A stretch of 64,000 nucleotides of DNA, from the NCBI GenBank assembly GCA_049840735.1, contig JASGJN010000022.1, positions 320,001 to 384,000 on the forward strand, given 5' to 3'. Each line of letters begins with the position of its first letter. The stretch's first letter is position 1. The position numbers and the translations under genes were made by a program. Source of the stretch: Anaeromyxobacter sp. (GTDB taxonomy: Bacteria; Myxococcota; Myxococcia; Myxococcales; Anaeromyxobacteraceae). Positions 12,018 to 22,640 of the stretch are shown piece after piece. The notes under the pieces were generated by a model. The model searched no databases. It was not told where the DNA came from and saw nothing but the letters and a program-made list of their open reading frames with translations.

Positions 12018-13285
12018 CGGTGGCGGCCATTCAGGACCTGGGCTTCGACTTCGCGAGCCCTGCGGGCTCGCTACGCCCAGCCCGAACGGTGCTGGAGAGA
12101 CCGCTCGCCCTGAGCCCTTCGACTTCGCGTCCGCTCCGCGAACGCTACGCTCAGGGCAGGCGGAGTCGGAGGGCGCCGCTGGAACGGCTGGCCTCGTCAG
12201 CGCGTGGGCTCGATGCGCTGGTCCGGCGGTGCCGTTGTCCGCCCGGGTCCACGGCGGGCGCAAGGTGGCGGAGCTCGCGGCGCTCGGGCTGGACCCTTCC
12301 GCCGTGCTCGACCTGAGCGTCAACGTGAACCCCTACGGCCCGGCGCCGGCCGTGGTGGCGGCGGTGCGCGCGGCGCCGCTGGAGGCCTACCCGGACCCTT
12401 CCGCCAGCGCGGTGCGCGCCGCGCTGGGCGCGCGCTGGGGGCGGGCGCCGGAGGAGGTCCTGTTCGGGAATGGCGCGGCCGAGCTCCTGTGGGACCTGGC
12501 GCGTCACCTGGCCAGGACCGGCGCGCGGACCCTGCTGGTGGAGCCGGCCTTCTCCGAGCTCCGGGTGGCGCTGGCGGCCGCGGGCGGCGACGCGTGCGAG
12601 TGGCGCGCTTCACCCGAGCGCGGGCTCGCCCTCGAGCTCGACGCCATCGGCGAGGCGCTGGTCCGGAGCGGTGCGCGGGCCGCCTACCTGGCCGCGCCGA
12701 CCAGCCCGGGCGGCGCGGCGGTGCGCTCGGAGCACGTGGCGGCCCTGGCCCGCGCCCACCCCGAGGTGTTGCTGGTGCTGGACGAGTCCTTCCTGGCCCT
12801 CTCCGACGGGCACGCCGACCTCGAGCGCCCGCTGCCCGCCAACCTGGTCCGGCTCCGCTCGCTCACCAAGGAGCACGCCATCCCCGGGCTCCGGGTGGGC
12901 TACCTGCTGGCCGCGCCGGAGCTGGTGGCGGCGCTGGAGGCGGCGCGGCCGACCTGGTCCACCAGCGCCCCCGCGCAGGCGGCCGCGCTCGCCGCCCTCG
13001 GCGAGGAGGCGTTCGTGGCCGATAGCCGCGAGCGGCTGCGCCTCGAATCGCGAGGCCACGCGCGAGGGGCTGGAGCGGCTGGGGCTGGCGCCGCTCCCCT
13101 CGACGGCGCCCTACCTGATCTTCCCCGTCCCCCGCGCGGCCGCGCTGCGCGCCCGCCTGCTCTCCCGCGGCGTGCTGGTGCGCGACTGCGCGTCCTTCGG
13201 GCTTCCCGGCTATCTTCGCGTGGCGGCGCGCCCCGGGTCCGAGCGCGCCCGCCTGCTCGCCGCCCTCTCCCAGGAGCTCGCATGA
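12007..13285 (+). CDS. cobD: L-threonine-O-3-phosphate decarboxylase (PLP). Start uncertain, N-terminus contains a repeat element, frameshift at ~13046
   Basis: [58 protein letters not shown]. Confidence 0.85.
12043..12174. repeat. REP-like palindromic element, copy 1 (composite)
   Basis: CTTCGACTTCG-[hairpin GCGAGCCC TGC GGGCTCGC]-TACGCCCAGCCCGAACGG...CCCTTCGACTTCG...CTACGCTCAGGGC...GAGTCGGAGGG. Same family as the copies at 51486 and 55120. Confidence 0.75.
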
Positions 13286-14821
13286 CCGCCGCCGTCCTGA
13301 TGGTGCAAGGCACCGCCTCCTCCGTGGGCAAGAGCCTGGTGGTCACCGGTCTTTGCCGGCTGTTCCGCCGCGCCGGCCTCCGCGTGGCGCCGTTCAAGGC
13401 GCAGAACATGGCCCTCAACTCGGCCGTGGCGGCGGACGGGGGCGAGATCGGGCGCGCGCAGGCGGTGCAGGCGGAGGCCGCCGGGATCGACCCCACGGTG
13501 GACATGAACCCGGTGCTGCTCAAGCCCGAGGGCGAGGCTCGCGCGCAGCTGGTGGTGAACGGCCGGCCCGCCGGTAGCTACAGCGCGGGCGAGTACCACG
13601 GCCGCAAGGTGGAGCTGCGCGCCGCCGTCCGCGCCGCGCTGGGTCGGCTGCGGGAGCGGGTCGACCTGGTGATCATCGAGGGCGCAGGCAGCCCGGCCGA
13701 GGTGAACCTCAAGGACCGGGACATCGTGAACATGGACGTGGCGAAGGCGGCCGGCGCCCGGGTGCTGCTGGTCGGGGACATCGACCGGGGCGGCGTGTTC
13801 GCCGCGTTCGTGGGGACGCTGGAGCTGCTCGAGCCGGAGGAGCGCGCCCTGGTGGCCGGCTTCGTCGTGAACAAGTTCCGCGGCGACGTGCGCCTGCTCG
13901 AGCCCGGGCTGGACTTCCTCGCGGCGCGCACCGGGGTGCCGGTCGCCGGGGTGCTCCCGTTCCTGCGCGGGCTCCGCATCGCCGAGGAGGACTCGGTCTC
14001 GCTCGACCAGCGGCGACGCACCCGGCGCGCCGCGCCCGGGGAGCTGGAGAATCGCGGTGGTGCGCCTTCCGCGCATCTCCAACCACGACGAGCTGGACCC
14101 GCTCGAGCACGAGCCGGGCGTGGTGCTGCGCTTCGTGGAGCGGCCGGAGGAGCTCGCCGGCGCCGACCTGGTGATCCTGCCGGGCTCCAAGGCCACCGCG
14201 GCCGACCTGGCCTGGCTGCGGGCCAGCGGCCTGGCCGACGCGGTGATGTCGCGGGCCGGGCGGGGTGACCTGGTGCTCGGGATCTGCGGCGGCTTCCAGA
14301 TGCTGGGGCGCGCGCTGCTCGATCCCGACGGCGTGGAGGGGCAGGAGCCGGAGGTGCCCGGGCTCGGGCTCCTGCCGGTGGTCACCACCTTCCGCCGCGA
14401 GAAGACCACCGCGCGCGTGCTCGGCGCGCTCGAGCCCTCGGCGCTCTTCGCGGCCGGGGCGGCCCGAGGCTACGAGATCCACATGGGCGAGGTGCAGCGG
14501 CTGGAGGGGGCACCGCCGGCCCTCCGGCTCACCGCGCGCAACGGCGAGCCCTGCGACATCGAGGACGGGGCGGTGTCGCCCGGCGGCGCCGTGGTGGGGA
14601 CGCTGGTCCACGGGCTGCTCGAGGACGACGCGGTCCGCGCCGGCCTGCTGGCGCGCCTGCGGGCCCGCCGCGGCCTCCCCGCGCCGGCGTCCCCGCCCGT
14701 CGCCACCCGCGAGGAGGAGTACGACCGGCTGGCGGATGCGCTGGCGGCGCACCTCGACTGGACGCTGCTCTGCTCGGCGGCGGGGCTGCCCGCGCTCCCC
14801 AGGCCGGGGGCGCGGACGTGA
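13282..14821 (+). CDS. cobQ: Cobyric acid synthase (frameshift at ~14050)
   Basis: [81 protein letters not shown]. Confidence 0.93.
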
Positions 14822-15546
14822 GGCGGCTCGCCGTCGCGGCGTCGTTCCTCACCGCCCTGCCGCTGCGCGTGGACGCGGACGCGTGCGACGTGGGCCGGTC
14901 CACCGCCTGCTTCCCGCTGGTGGGCGCCGCGCTGGGGGCGGCGCTGGCCGGGTTGGCGGCCCTGCTCGCCCGCGCGCTGCCGTCGCCGCTGGTGGCGGTG
15001 CTGCTGGTGGCGGCCTCGGCGATGGCCACCGGCGCGCTGCACCTCGACGGCATGGCCGACACCGCCGACGGCCTGGGCGGCGGACGCGACGCCGAGCACG
15101 CCCTGCGCATCATGAAGGACCACGCGGTGGGCGCCTACGGCGCGACGGCGCTGGTGCTGGCGCTGCTGGTGAAGGCGACCGCGCTCCAGGCGCTGATCGC
15201 GGAAGGGCGCGCCATGACCTGGCTGCCGGTGGCCGGCGCGCTGTCCCGCTGGATCGTGGTCCCGCTGGCGCGGCTCCCCAGCGCGCGGCCGTCCGGGCTC
15301 GGCGGCTCGATCGCGGCGCACGTGGGAAGGGCCGAGCTCGCCGCTGCGTCGGCGCTGGCCGCGGGCTTGGCGCTGGGGCTGGGCGGAGCGAGGGGCGCGG
15401 TGGTCGCTGCGGCGGTGGCGGCGCTCGGCGCAGCCTGCGGCGCGCTCTTCCGGCGGCGCCTGGGCGGCGTGACCGGCGACACGCTGGGCGCCTCGGCGGA
15501 GCTCTCCGAGGCGCTGGCGCTGGTGCTGGCGGTGGGGCTCCGGTGA
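14818..15546 (+). CDS. cobS: Adenosylcobinamide-GDP ribazoletransferase (cobalamin synthase)
   Basis: FLTALP, FPLVG, TGALHLDGMADTADG, IMKDHAVGAYG, GGVTGDTLGA. Confidence 0.93.
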   Translation: MRRLAVAASFLTALPLRVDADACDVGRSTACFPLVGAALGAALAGLAALLARALPSPLVAVLLVAASAMATGALHLDGMADTADGLGGGRDAEHALRIMKDHAVGAYGATALVLALLVKATALQALIAEGRAMTWLPVAGALSRWIVVPLARLPSARPSGLGGSIAAHVGRAELAAASALAAGLALGLGGARGAVVAAAVAALGAACGALFRRRLGGVTGDTLGASAELSEALALVLAVGLR

Positions 15547-16169
15547 TCGGCGCGCCGCCGGAGGGCGCCGCGCGGCTGGTGCTGCTGCGCCACTGCCAGG
15601 CGGAGGTGCCCCCCGGCGTGCTGTGCGGCCGGCTCGACCCGCCGCTCTCGATTGCAGGCGGCGCGCACGCCGCGAGGCTCGCCGCCGCGCTGGCCGGCCT
15701 GCGGGGCGCGACCGTCCACGCCAGCCCCGCCCGCCGCGCGCAGGAGACGGCGGCCCCCATCGCGCGCGCCCTGGGCATCGAGGTCGAGGTCCAGCCCGCG
15801 CTGCGCGAGGTCGACTTCGGATCGCTGGAGGGGCTCACCTGGCAGCAGGCCGCGGCTGCGCATCCGGAGGTCTGCCGGACGTGGCTCGCGCGCCCCGAGG
15901 AGGTCCGCTTCCCTGGGGGCGAGGGATACGGGGAGGTGCAGGACCGCGCGACGGCCGCCGTCGAGGCCATCGCGCGCGGGCGTGAAGGTGCGACGGCGGT
16001 CGTGGTCGCGCACGCCGGGGTGAATCGGGCCGTGCTGGCCTGGGCGTTGGGTGCGCCGCCCGCGACCGCCTTCCGGCTGGAACAGCGGCACGGGGCGATC
16101 AACGTGCTGGAGCGGTTCGGCGACGGGACCTGGGTCCTGCGGCTGGCGAACGGCGCCGAGCTGGCGTGA
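15543..16169 (+). CDS. cobC: Histidine phosphatase, probable alpha-ribazole phosphatase
   Basis: LVLLRHCQ, SPARRAQETA, LREVDFGSLEG, FPGGE, VVAHAGV. Last gene of the operon. Confidence 0.8.
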   Translation: MIGAPPEGAARLVLLRHCQAEVPPGVLCGRLDPPLSIAGGAHAARLAAALAGLRGATVHASPARRAQETAAPIARALGIEVEVQPALREVDFGSLEGLTWQQAAAAHPEVCRTWLARPEEVRFPGGEGYGEVQDRATAAVEAIARGREGATAVVVAHAGVNRAVLAWALGAPPATAFRLEQRHGAINVLERFGDGTWVLRLANGAELA

Positions 16170-16246
16170 CGGACGCGATCATCCACGGCGACTCGACCCG
16201 ACGCCAAGCGCGGCCCCTGAGGCCGAGGAAGGGAGCGGCCCGTCCC

Positions 16247-16645
16247 TCAGGGCCGGTCGGCGCGGCGCGCGAACGCGACCACGTTCCCGCCCGGATCGGT
16301 GCAGTAGCCGACCTCGTCTCCCCAGTCGCGCGGGGTCACGGGCGAACGCAGCGTGCCGCCGTACTCCACGGCGCGGGAGAGCGCAGCAACCGGGTCCGCC
16401 ACCGTGACGTAGAGCTCGGTGGGCCGGATGCCGCCCGCCGGCGACGCCGGGGCCCCGCCCACGTTCCGGGCGTAGGCGTCACGCTGGTAGAGCCCGAGCC
16501 GTGCGCCGCCCTCTCCGGCGAGCTCGACGTAGACGGGGACGTCCACCTCGCGCCGCCAGCCGCACGCCGCCTCGTAGAACCGGGCGGTGAGCTCCAGCTC
16601 CTCCACCGCCAGGATCACCAGCCCGAGCCGTCCGGAGGGGATCAT
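16247..16645 (-). CDS. VOC/glyoxalase family protein
   Basis: ILAVEELELTARFYE, TELYVTV, PRDWGDEVGYCTDPGGNVV. Confidence 0.8.
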   Translation of the reverse strand: MIPSGRLGLVILAVEELELTARFYEAACGWRREVDVPVYVELAGEGGARLGLYQRDAYARNVGGAPASPAGGIRPTELYVTVADPVAALSRAVEYGGTLRSPVTPRDWGDEVGYCTDPGGNVVAFARRADRP

Positions 16646-16805
16646 GAGCGAGCCCCCGCCACCGCGGCGACCGCCGAGAGCACGATGGGGAGCCACGGGA
16701 GCGAGAGCGATGACATGGGGGCCTCACGAGGGGGAGCGCGGAGCCGATTCTAGAGCGCCCTCCGGAAGCGGCGCCACACGGCGACGGACGGGATAGATTG
16801 CCCGG

Positions 16806-17787
16806 GTGTCCCGGACCATCTCCCCCAGCGTCGAGTACCTGGCCCGCATCCACCGCGTGCAGGACCACATCGAGCGCCACCTGACCGGGGAGCTCCGGCT
16901 GGAGGACCTGGCCCGCGTGGCCTGCTTCTCGCCGTTCCACTTCTCGCGCATCTACGCCGCGGTCACGGGAGAGACGCTGCGGGAGTTCATCCTCCGGCTG
17001 CGGGTCGAGCGCGCGGCCGCGCAGCTGCGGACCCGGCCGGAGCAGAGCGTGACCGGGATCGCGCTCGACTGCGGGTTCGGCGGCTCGGCCGCCTTCGCGC
17101 GCGCCTTCCGCGCCGCCTTCGGGGTCACCGCCTCGGACTGGCGCAAGCAGGGCAAAGCGCTGCGCAAGCCGGGTGAAGCGGATCGCAGCCCGGGGCAAGT
17201 CTCCCCTGGCGCCGCGGCCTACGTTGCCGGCGTCGGCGAGGCGCCGGATGGTCCGGAGGTCGCCGGCGACGGAGGTGTCTCCATGAAGGCGGTGAAGACG
17301 AAGGCGGCGGACGAGGTGAAGGTGGTGGAGCGGCCCGCGACGACCATCGCGTACGTCCGGCACGTGGGGCCGTACGCCGGCGACGCGGCGCTCTTCCAGC
17401 GGCTCTTCGGCCGGGTGTACCAGTGGGCCGGTCCACGCGGACTGGTGGGGCCGGACGCGCCGGTGGCGATCTACCACGACAATCCCGGCGTGACGGCCCC
17501 CGAGAAGCTGCGCCTCAGCGTCGGGATCCCGGTGCCGGCCGGCACGGCGCCGGAGCGCGACGTGGGCATGATGGAGCTCCCCGCCGGCCGGTACGTCGCG
17601 GCCCGGTACGAGCTCGAATCCCGTCGAGTACAGCGCCGCGTGGGCGTGGCTGTGTGGCACCTGGCTGCCGTCCAGCGGGTACCAGCCCGACGACGGTCCC
17701 GCGTTCGAGCGCTACCTCAACGACCCCGCGCAGGACCCGCAGGGCAAGCACGTGGTGGAGCTGTGCTTCCCGGTGAAGCCGCTCTGA
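16806..17787 (+). CDS. AraC family regulator with C-terminal GyrI-like effector domain (frameshift at ~17617)
   Basis: LEDLARVACFSPFHFSR, IALDCGF...FARAFRAAFGVTASDWR, YVRHVGPY, IYHDNP, WLPSSGYQPDD, FERYLND. Confidence 0.88.
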
Positions 17788-17891
17788 CGCGAGGACCGCC
17801 GGCCGCGTCCGCTCCGGCGGGCGCGGCGGCGCTGGCGTCGTCCGCCTCGAGCCCCTGGTCGTGCTGAAGGGGTGACGAGGAGGCCCGTCGT

Positions 17892-18254
17892 TCAAGCCTC
17901 GGCGCGCGTGGCGTGCTCCGCCAGCGCGCGATCAGCCACGCTCACGTGCCTGACGAGCCAGTCGAAGAGCAGCTCGCGCAGCGCGACGACCGTGCCGTGC
18001 TCGAGCGGCCGGGCAGCGAGGCCGGCGGCCAGCGTCCGGAGCCGCTGCTCCAGGGCGAGGTGTTCCCCCGCATGTCCGGTAGCGTCGGGATACCCGAGCG
18101 TCTCCATCAGGCGCTCCTCGGTCGCGAAGTGGTCGTGGCAGGCGCTGCATAGGGCCTGCGCGATCGTCCCGATCTTCTCGAGCTCCTGGCCGGAGATCAG
18201 GGCGTCGAAGAGCGTGTCGGCGCAGTCGTAGATCTGGGCATGCTGCCCGTCCAT
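17892..18254 (-). CDS. Bacteriohemerythrin (start may lie further upstream)
   Basis: DGQH, HFATEERLM, YPDATGHAGEH, WLVRHVSVADR give the hemerythrin iron-ligand pattern. Confidence 0.8.
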   Translation of the reverse strand: MDGQHAQIYDCADTLFDALISGQELEKIGTIAQALCSACHDHFATEERLMETLGYPDATGHAGEHLALEQRLRTLAAGLAARPLEHGTVVALRELLFDWLVRHVSVADRALAEHATRAEA

Positions 18255-18628
18255 GACCGAACAGCCCACCTCGAGCGGGCGCTTGCTGCAAGGTGGCGCC
18301 GGGGGTCGCTCATCGCAGGGGTTCGTTGACGGTGTCACCGCAGGTTGACGCGTCATGAGGGGTGACAAGGAAGCACGCGCTGTGCCAGCCGGTACGCTCG
18401 CCACCCGTCGCGGATTCGGCGGTCCGGGCCGGTCCAGCCGGCGGTCGGAGGTCGGACAATGGGCGCAGCCGCGGGTGGATGGCTCGATGCCGGAGTGACG
18501 AGCGCACCAGGGCGGCTGACCCGTGTCCGCGGGGCCCCGCACGCAGGGCTGAGGGAGCGACCAGGGCCGCTTGCCCCTCGGCCGCGTGGCTTTCCCGGAT
18601 GCGGCGAGAGAGTACGATTTCGAAGTCA

Positions 18629-19624
18629 ATGACGGCGGACTCCGCAGACCGCTCGCAGCGCGCGCCCCTGCCCGGGGCCGGCGCGGCGTCGGGCGTCGCG
18701 CAGCCGGTGGACGGCATGGACATCCTGGTCGCGGACGACAGCGCGACCATCCGGGCGCTGCTCCGCGCCGCGCTGGGGCGGTGGGGGTTCCGGATCCACG
18801 AGGTGAGCGACGGCGAGCAGGCGTGGCGCGCGCTCCAGGAAGACGACGCGCCGAGCCTCGCGCTCATCGACTGGGAGATGCCGGCGCTGACCGGGCTGAA
18901 CCTGGTCCGCAGGATCAGGGCGAACGAGGCGCTCGGCGGGAAGCGCTACACCTACATCATCCTGCTGACCGCACGTCGCAGCGCGGCGGACGTGGTCGAG
19001 GGCATGGACGCCGGGGCGGACGACTACGTCTCCAAGCCCTTCAATCCCCACGAGCTCCGGGTCAGGCTTCGCGCCGGCCGCCGCGTGGTCGAGCTCCAGG
19101 CCGAGCTGTACCGGATGCAGGAGGTGCTGAGCCGGCAGACGCGGACGGACCCGCTCACCGGCTGCCTGAACAGGCGCGGCATCACGGAGCAGCTCGCCAA
19201 GGAGACGGCCAAGGTGCGGCGCCAGCCGGGCCGGTTCGCCCTGGGCATGATCGACATCGACCACTTCAAGCGCGTCAACGATCAGCATGGCCACGCCGCG
19301 GGGGACGCGGTCCTCCGGGAGCTCGTCGCGCGGGTGTCGAGGACGATCCGATCGTCCGACACCGTCGGCCGCATGGGCGGGGAGGAGTTCCTGGTCATCT
19401 GGCCCGGGCTGGACGCTGAAGACGCCCAGCGGGCCGCGGAGCGGCTCCGGGAGGCCATCGCGGCCGCGCCCTTCCAGATCGGGGAGGTGGAGCTGCCGGT
19501 CACCATCAGCATCGGGTTCGGCACCACCGACGGGGTGGAGGAGCCCGAGGCCCTCGTGAACCGGGCCGATCAGTCCCTGTACGCGGCGAAGTCGGCGGGG
19601 CGGAACCGCGTCGTGGGGGGATGA
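18629..19624 (+). CDS. Response regulator diguanylate cyclase (REC-GGDEF)
   Basis: ILVADD, LIDWEMP, GADDYVSKP, DPLTGCLNRR, DIDHFKRVND, RSSD I-site, GGEEF. Confidence 0.92.
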   Translation: MTADSADRSQRAPLPGAGAASGVAQPVDGMDILVADDSATIRALLRAALGRWGFRIHEVSDGEQAWRALQEDDAPSLALIDWEMPALTGLNLVRRIRANEALGGKRYTYIILLTARRSAADVVEGMDAGADDYVSKPFNPHELRVRLRAGRRVVELQAELYRMQEVLSRQTRTDPLTGCLNRRGITEQLAKETAKVRRQPGRFALGMIDIDHFKRVNDQHGHAAGDAVLRELVARVSRTIRSSDTVGRMGGEEFLVIWPGLDAEDAQRAAERLREAIAAAPFQIGEVELPVTISIGFGTTDGVEEPEALVNRADQSLYAAKSAGRNRVVGG

Positions 19625-19672
19625 GCGGCCCCGGCAGCGGCCGTGAGGGAGCGCGGGAGGCGCTCCAGGCGG

Positions 19673-21443
19673 TCACGGGCCGGGGTGTCGCGGCGGCGCT
19701 GCGGTGATCCGATCGCGCCCCTGATGCTTGGACGCGTAGAGCGCCTCGTCGGCCGCGTGGAAGAGCGTCTCCTCGTCGGTGCCGTCCGCCGGGAAGGTGG
19801 CGACGCCGGCGGAGATGGTGACGGTACCGAGCGTCCGGCCGTCGCAGGGGACGTTGAGCGAGGCGACCGCAGCGCGCAGCGCCTCCGCGCGCCGCACGGC
19901 ATCGCCCGAGGCGCAGTCGGGCATCAGGACCAGGAACTCCTCACCGCCGTAGCGGCAGACCACGTCGGCCGTCCGGAAGGTGCTCCGGAGCAGGCCCGCC
20001 ACCTCCTTCAGGACGGCGTCGCCGGCGGCGTGGCCATGGGTGTCATTGAACTTCTTGAAGTGGTCCACGTCGAGCATGACCACAGAGAGCGGGCTGCCGG
20101 TGCGTCGGACCCGCGCGAGCTCTCGGGCGGCGGTGTCCTCCAGGTAGCGCCGGTTGAACAGTCCCGTGAGCGGGTCGCGGGTGGCCTGGTTCCGCATGGC
20201 CTCGCGCAGCCGCATGTTGGCGAGCGTCAAGGCCAGGATCTCCCCCAGCTCGGCGGCGACGCGGGGCACGTCACCCTGGTCCACCAGCACCAGCTGGAGC
20301 AGCCCGACGGTGTCGCCCTGGGCCATCAGCGGGATGCAGGCCGTCGTCCCGTGGCTCGCGGCGCCATGCTGGCACGGCACCCTGCCGTCGCCGCCCGCCA
20401 CGTGCGCTCGCCCGAGGCGGAACGACCAGCAGGCGTCCGGAGGGAAGGGCTCGTTCGCGACGCCGTCCCCCCAGCCCGCGACCGGGCTGAGCAGGTTGCG
20501 CGAGGCGTTGAGCAGGAAGAGGCGTCCGGCCGATCCCGGCAGGCACCCCGGCGCGAGCGCAGGCACGATGCGGCCCACGTCCTCGAACGAGTGCGCGGCG
20601 TGGAGCATCTCCCGCAGATCGTTCAGCTGGCGCGCTTCCCGGTCGCGGCCGTCGAGCTTGGCGGCCATGGCGTTGAACGTGCGCGCCAGCTCACCGATCT
20701 CGTCGTCGCCGGAGGCCTCGAATCCGGTGGCCGAGATCGCCCCCCGCGATGGCCCGCGCGGAGGACGCGACCGAGGCCAGCCGCCGCCCCACCCGCCGGG
20801 CAAAGACGACCGCGCCGCCGGCCCCCAGCAGCGCGACGAACGCCGACCCGAACATGCCCAGGAGGTCGAGCTGGCGGGTGGTCGCGCTGCTCTCGCGCTG
20901 GCGCTCCGTGAGCAGCACCTGCTCGGCGCTCACCAACTCGTCGGCCGTGGCGCGCAGCGCGTCGATCCGCGCCTTGCCCCCGCGGATGATCTCCCGCTCG
21001 CCGGCGCCCAGCTCGCCCGCTGGCGGCTGGCGGATGAGCGGTTCGGCGCTCCCTGTCCTCCAGGCCCGGTACAGCTCACCGAGCCGCGCCGCCCGCGCCA
21101 GCTGCGCCGGGTTGTCCTCCAGCAGGTCCGTCAGCCGGGCCAGGTCCGACGCGAACGCGCCGTTCCCTTCGGCGAACTGGTCCAGGAAGGCGCGGTCGTG
21201 GGAGAGCAGGTAGCCACGGAAGCCGCTCTGGGCCTCGATGGCGTCGCGCGCCACCGCCTGCGCCAGGCCGATCACCTCGTGCGTGTGGGCGACCCAGCGC
21301 GCGCCCTGCTCGGCCCGCTGTACGGCGAGGTGCAGCCCGATGACGCTCGCCGCGCCGAGCAGGCCGACGAGGAGGCTCGCCAGGGCGGCCTCGCTGCGCA
21401 GCGTCAGGTTCTGGATGGGCGGGCGGAGACGATACAGGCGCAT
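19673..21443 (-). CDS. Membrane sensor diguanylate cyclase (TM-CHASE3-TM-HAMP-GAF-like-GGDEF), frameshift at ~20721
   Basis: WVAHTHEVI...RGYLL (CHASE3), GDLGHRIEASGDDEIGELA (HAMP, after removing one base), DPLTGLFNRRY, RTAD, RYGGEEF. Confidence 0.88.
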
Positions 21444-21650
21444 GGATTTGACGCTCGCGAGCGGGATCGCCAGCTTCTGCACGCGGCGTGCCCGGTCAAC
21501 ATCGGGGCGGCCGTCGCGGAAGGTGCGGCGCGGTCGGATTCGCTCCCCTGGGTAGGGCTCCGGAGCACGTCGTTCGCCGTCCATGATCCTGCTAGCGTCG
21601 CCACGTCCAGTCGATGGCTCGCCCGCCGTGGCGCGGGCAGGAGGGGAAGC

Positions 21651-22553
21651 ATGAAGCGCGTTCTGATGGTCTCGACGCTGGGGGCCCTGGTCGCCTGTGG
21701 TGGCGGCGACGGTGGCGTGAAGTTCAAGGACCCGGACTCCGTCACCTTCACCTACGGTACGCCGCAGGCTCCGACCCTGACGGAGCAGGACGAGGCCGCG
21801 GCGGCGGGCCAGTACGCCGGCGCCGCCGTGACGCTCCAGGACGAGCAGGACGACGCGGTGGCGACGGAGGAGTCGATGGACCTCGCCAACCTGCCCAACG
21901 AGCTGGCGGACTTGTTCCCAGGTCCGGCCGTCGTGGGTCTGCGCTCCATGCAGGACCGCCCCGAGCTCGCGCGCGCCGCCGCGGTGCTGAGCAGCAAGGT
22001 CGAATCCATGCCGGTCTGGGACAACCCCGACTGCTGGCAGGTGACCGCCACGGCGTCCGAGGCCGGCGTCACCGGCGCCATCTCCTTCGATGGCTGCACC
22101 ATCACCGAGGTGGACGGTACCGCGACCATGACCATGGTCCTGGATGGTTCGTTCAACCGGATCCCTGGTCGCCGGTTCTGGGATGCCTCCGTGCACGTGA
22201 ACATGTCCGAGCCCACCGAGAACGGGACCGCGAGGTTCTCGGTCTCCGAGCACCTGTCGGGTGACGTCTCCATCACCGAGACGACCATCCAGGGCTTCGC
22301 CCGGTCGGACGTCGCGGCGCAGGTGAGCGTCCCTGGCGCCTCGGACAGCCTCGCGGTCACCTACAACGCGGATCTGGACCTCGTGTACGAGGTTCCGTTC
22401 TGCGTGGTGGACGGCTCGCTGATCGCGAAGCGGATCTGGACGACGCGGCCGACCTCCGGCGACTTCACGGCCGAGGAGCTGGCCGACGCGGCCGTCCGGT
22501 TCGACTGGCTGGGCTGCGGGAACGTGCAGGTCTCCTGGGGCACGCTGCCGTAG
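21651..22553 (+). CDS. Uncharacterised lipoprotein
   Basis: MKRVLMVSTLGALVAC lipobox after a GGAGGGG RBS. Acidic, beta-rich body with coding-like codon usage. Confidence 0.75.
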   Translation: MKRVLMVSTLGALVACGGGDGGVKFKDPDSVTFTYGTPQAPTLTEQDEAAAAGQYAGAAVTLQDEQDDAVATEESMDLANLPNELADLFPGPAVVGLRSMQDRPELARAAAVLSSKVESMPVWDNPDCWQVTATASEAGVTGAISFDGCTITEVDGTATMTMVLDGSFNRIPGRRFWDASVHVNMSEPTENGTARFSVSEHLSGDVSITETTIQGFARSDVAAQVSVPGASDSLAVTYNADLDLVYEVPFCVVDGSLIAKRIWTTRPTSGDFTAEELADAAVRFDWLGCGNVQVSWGTLP

Positions 22554-22575
22554 CTGACGGGATCCAGTCAAGGAA

Positions 22576-22606
22576 CGACCCGGCTCCGCACCGCGGGGCC
22601 GGGTCG
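22576..22606. terminator. Hairpin between convergent genes, likely intrinsic terminator
   Basis: CGACCCGGCTCCGC-ACC-GCGGGGCCGGGTCG, followed on the minus strand by TTCCTT. Confidence 0.6.
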
Positions 22607-22640
22607 CGCAGTCCTGGGCGGAGAGTGGCGAAGCGGAGTC

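Noticed and set aside
10014..14268. Apparent CobT-CbiB (10014-12017) and CobD-CobQ (11689-14268) fusion ORFs
   Set aside because: Both arise from the frameshifts. Correcting one base restores separate genes with their own stops.
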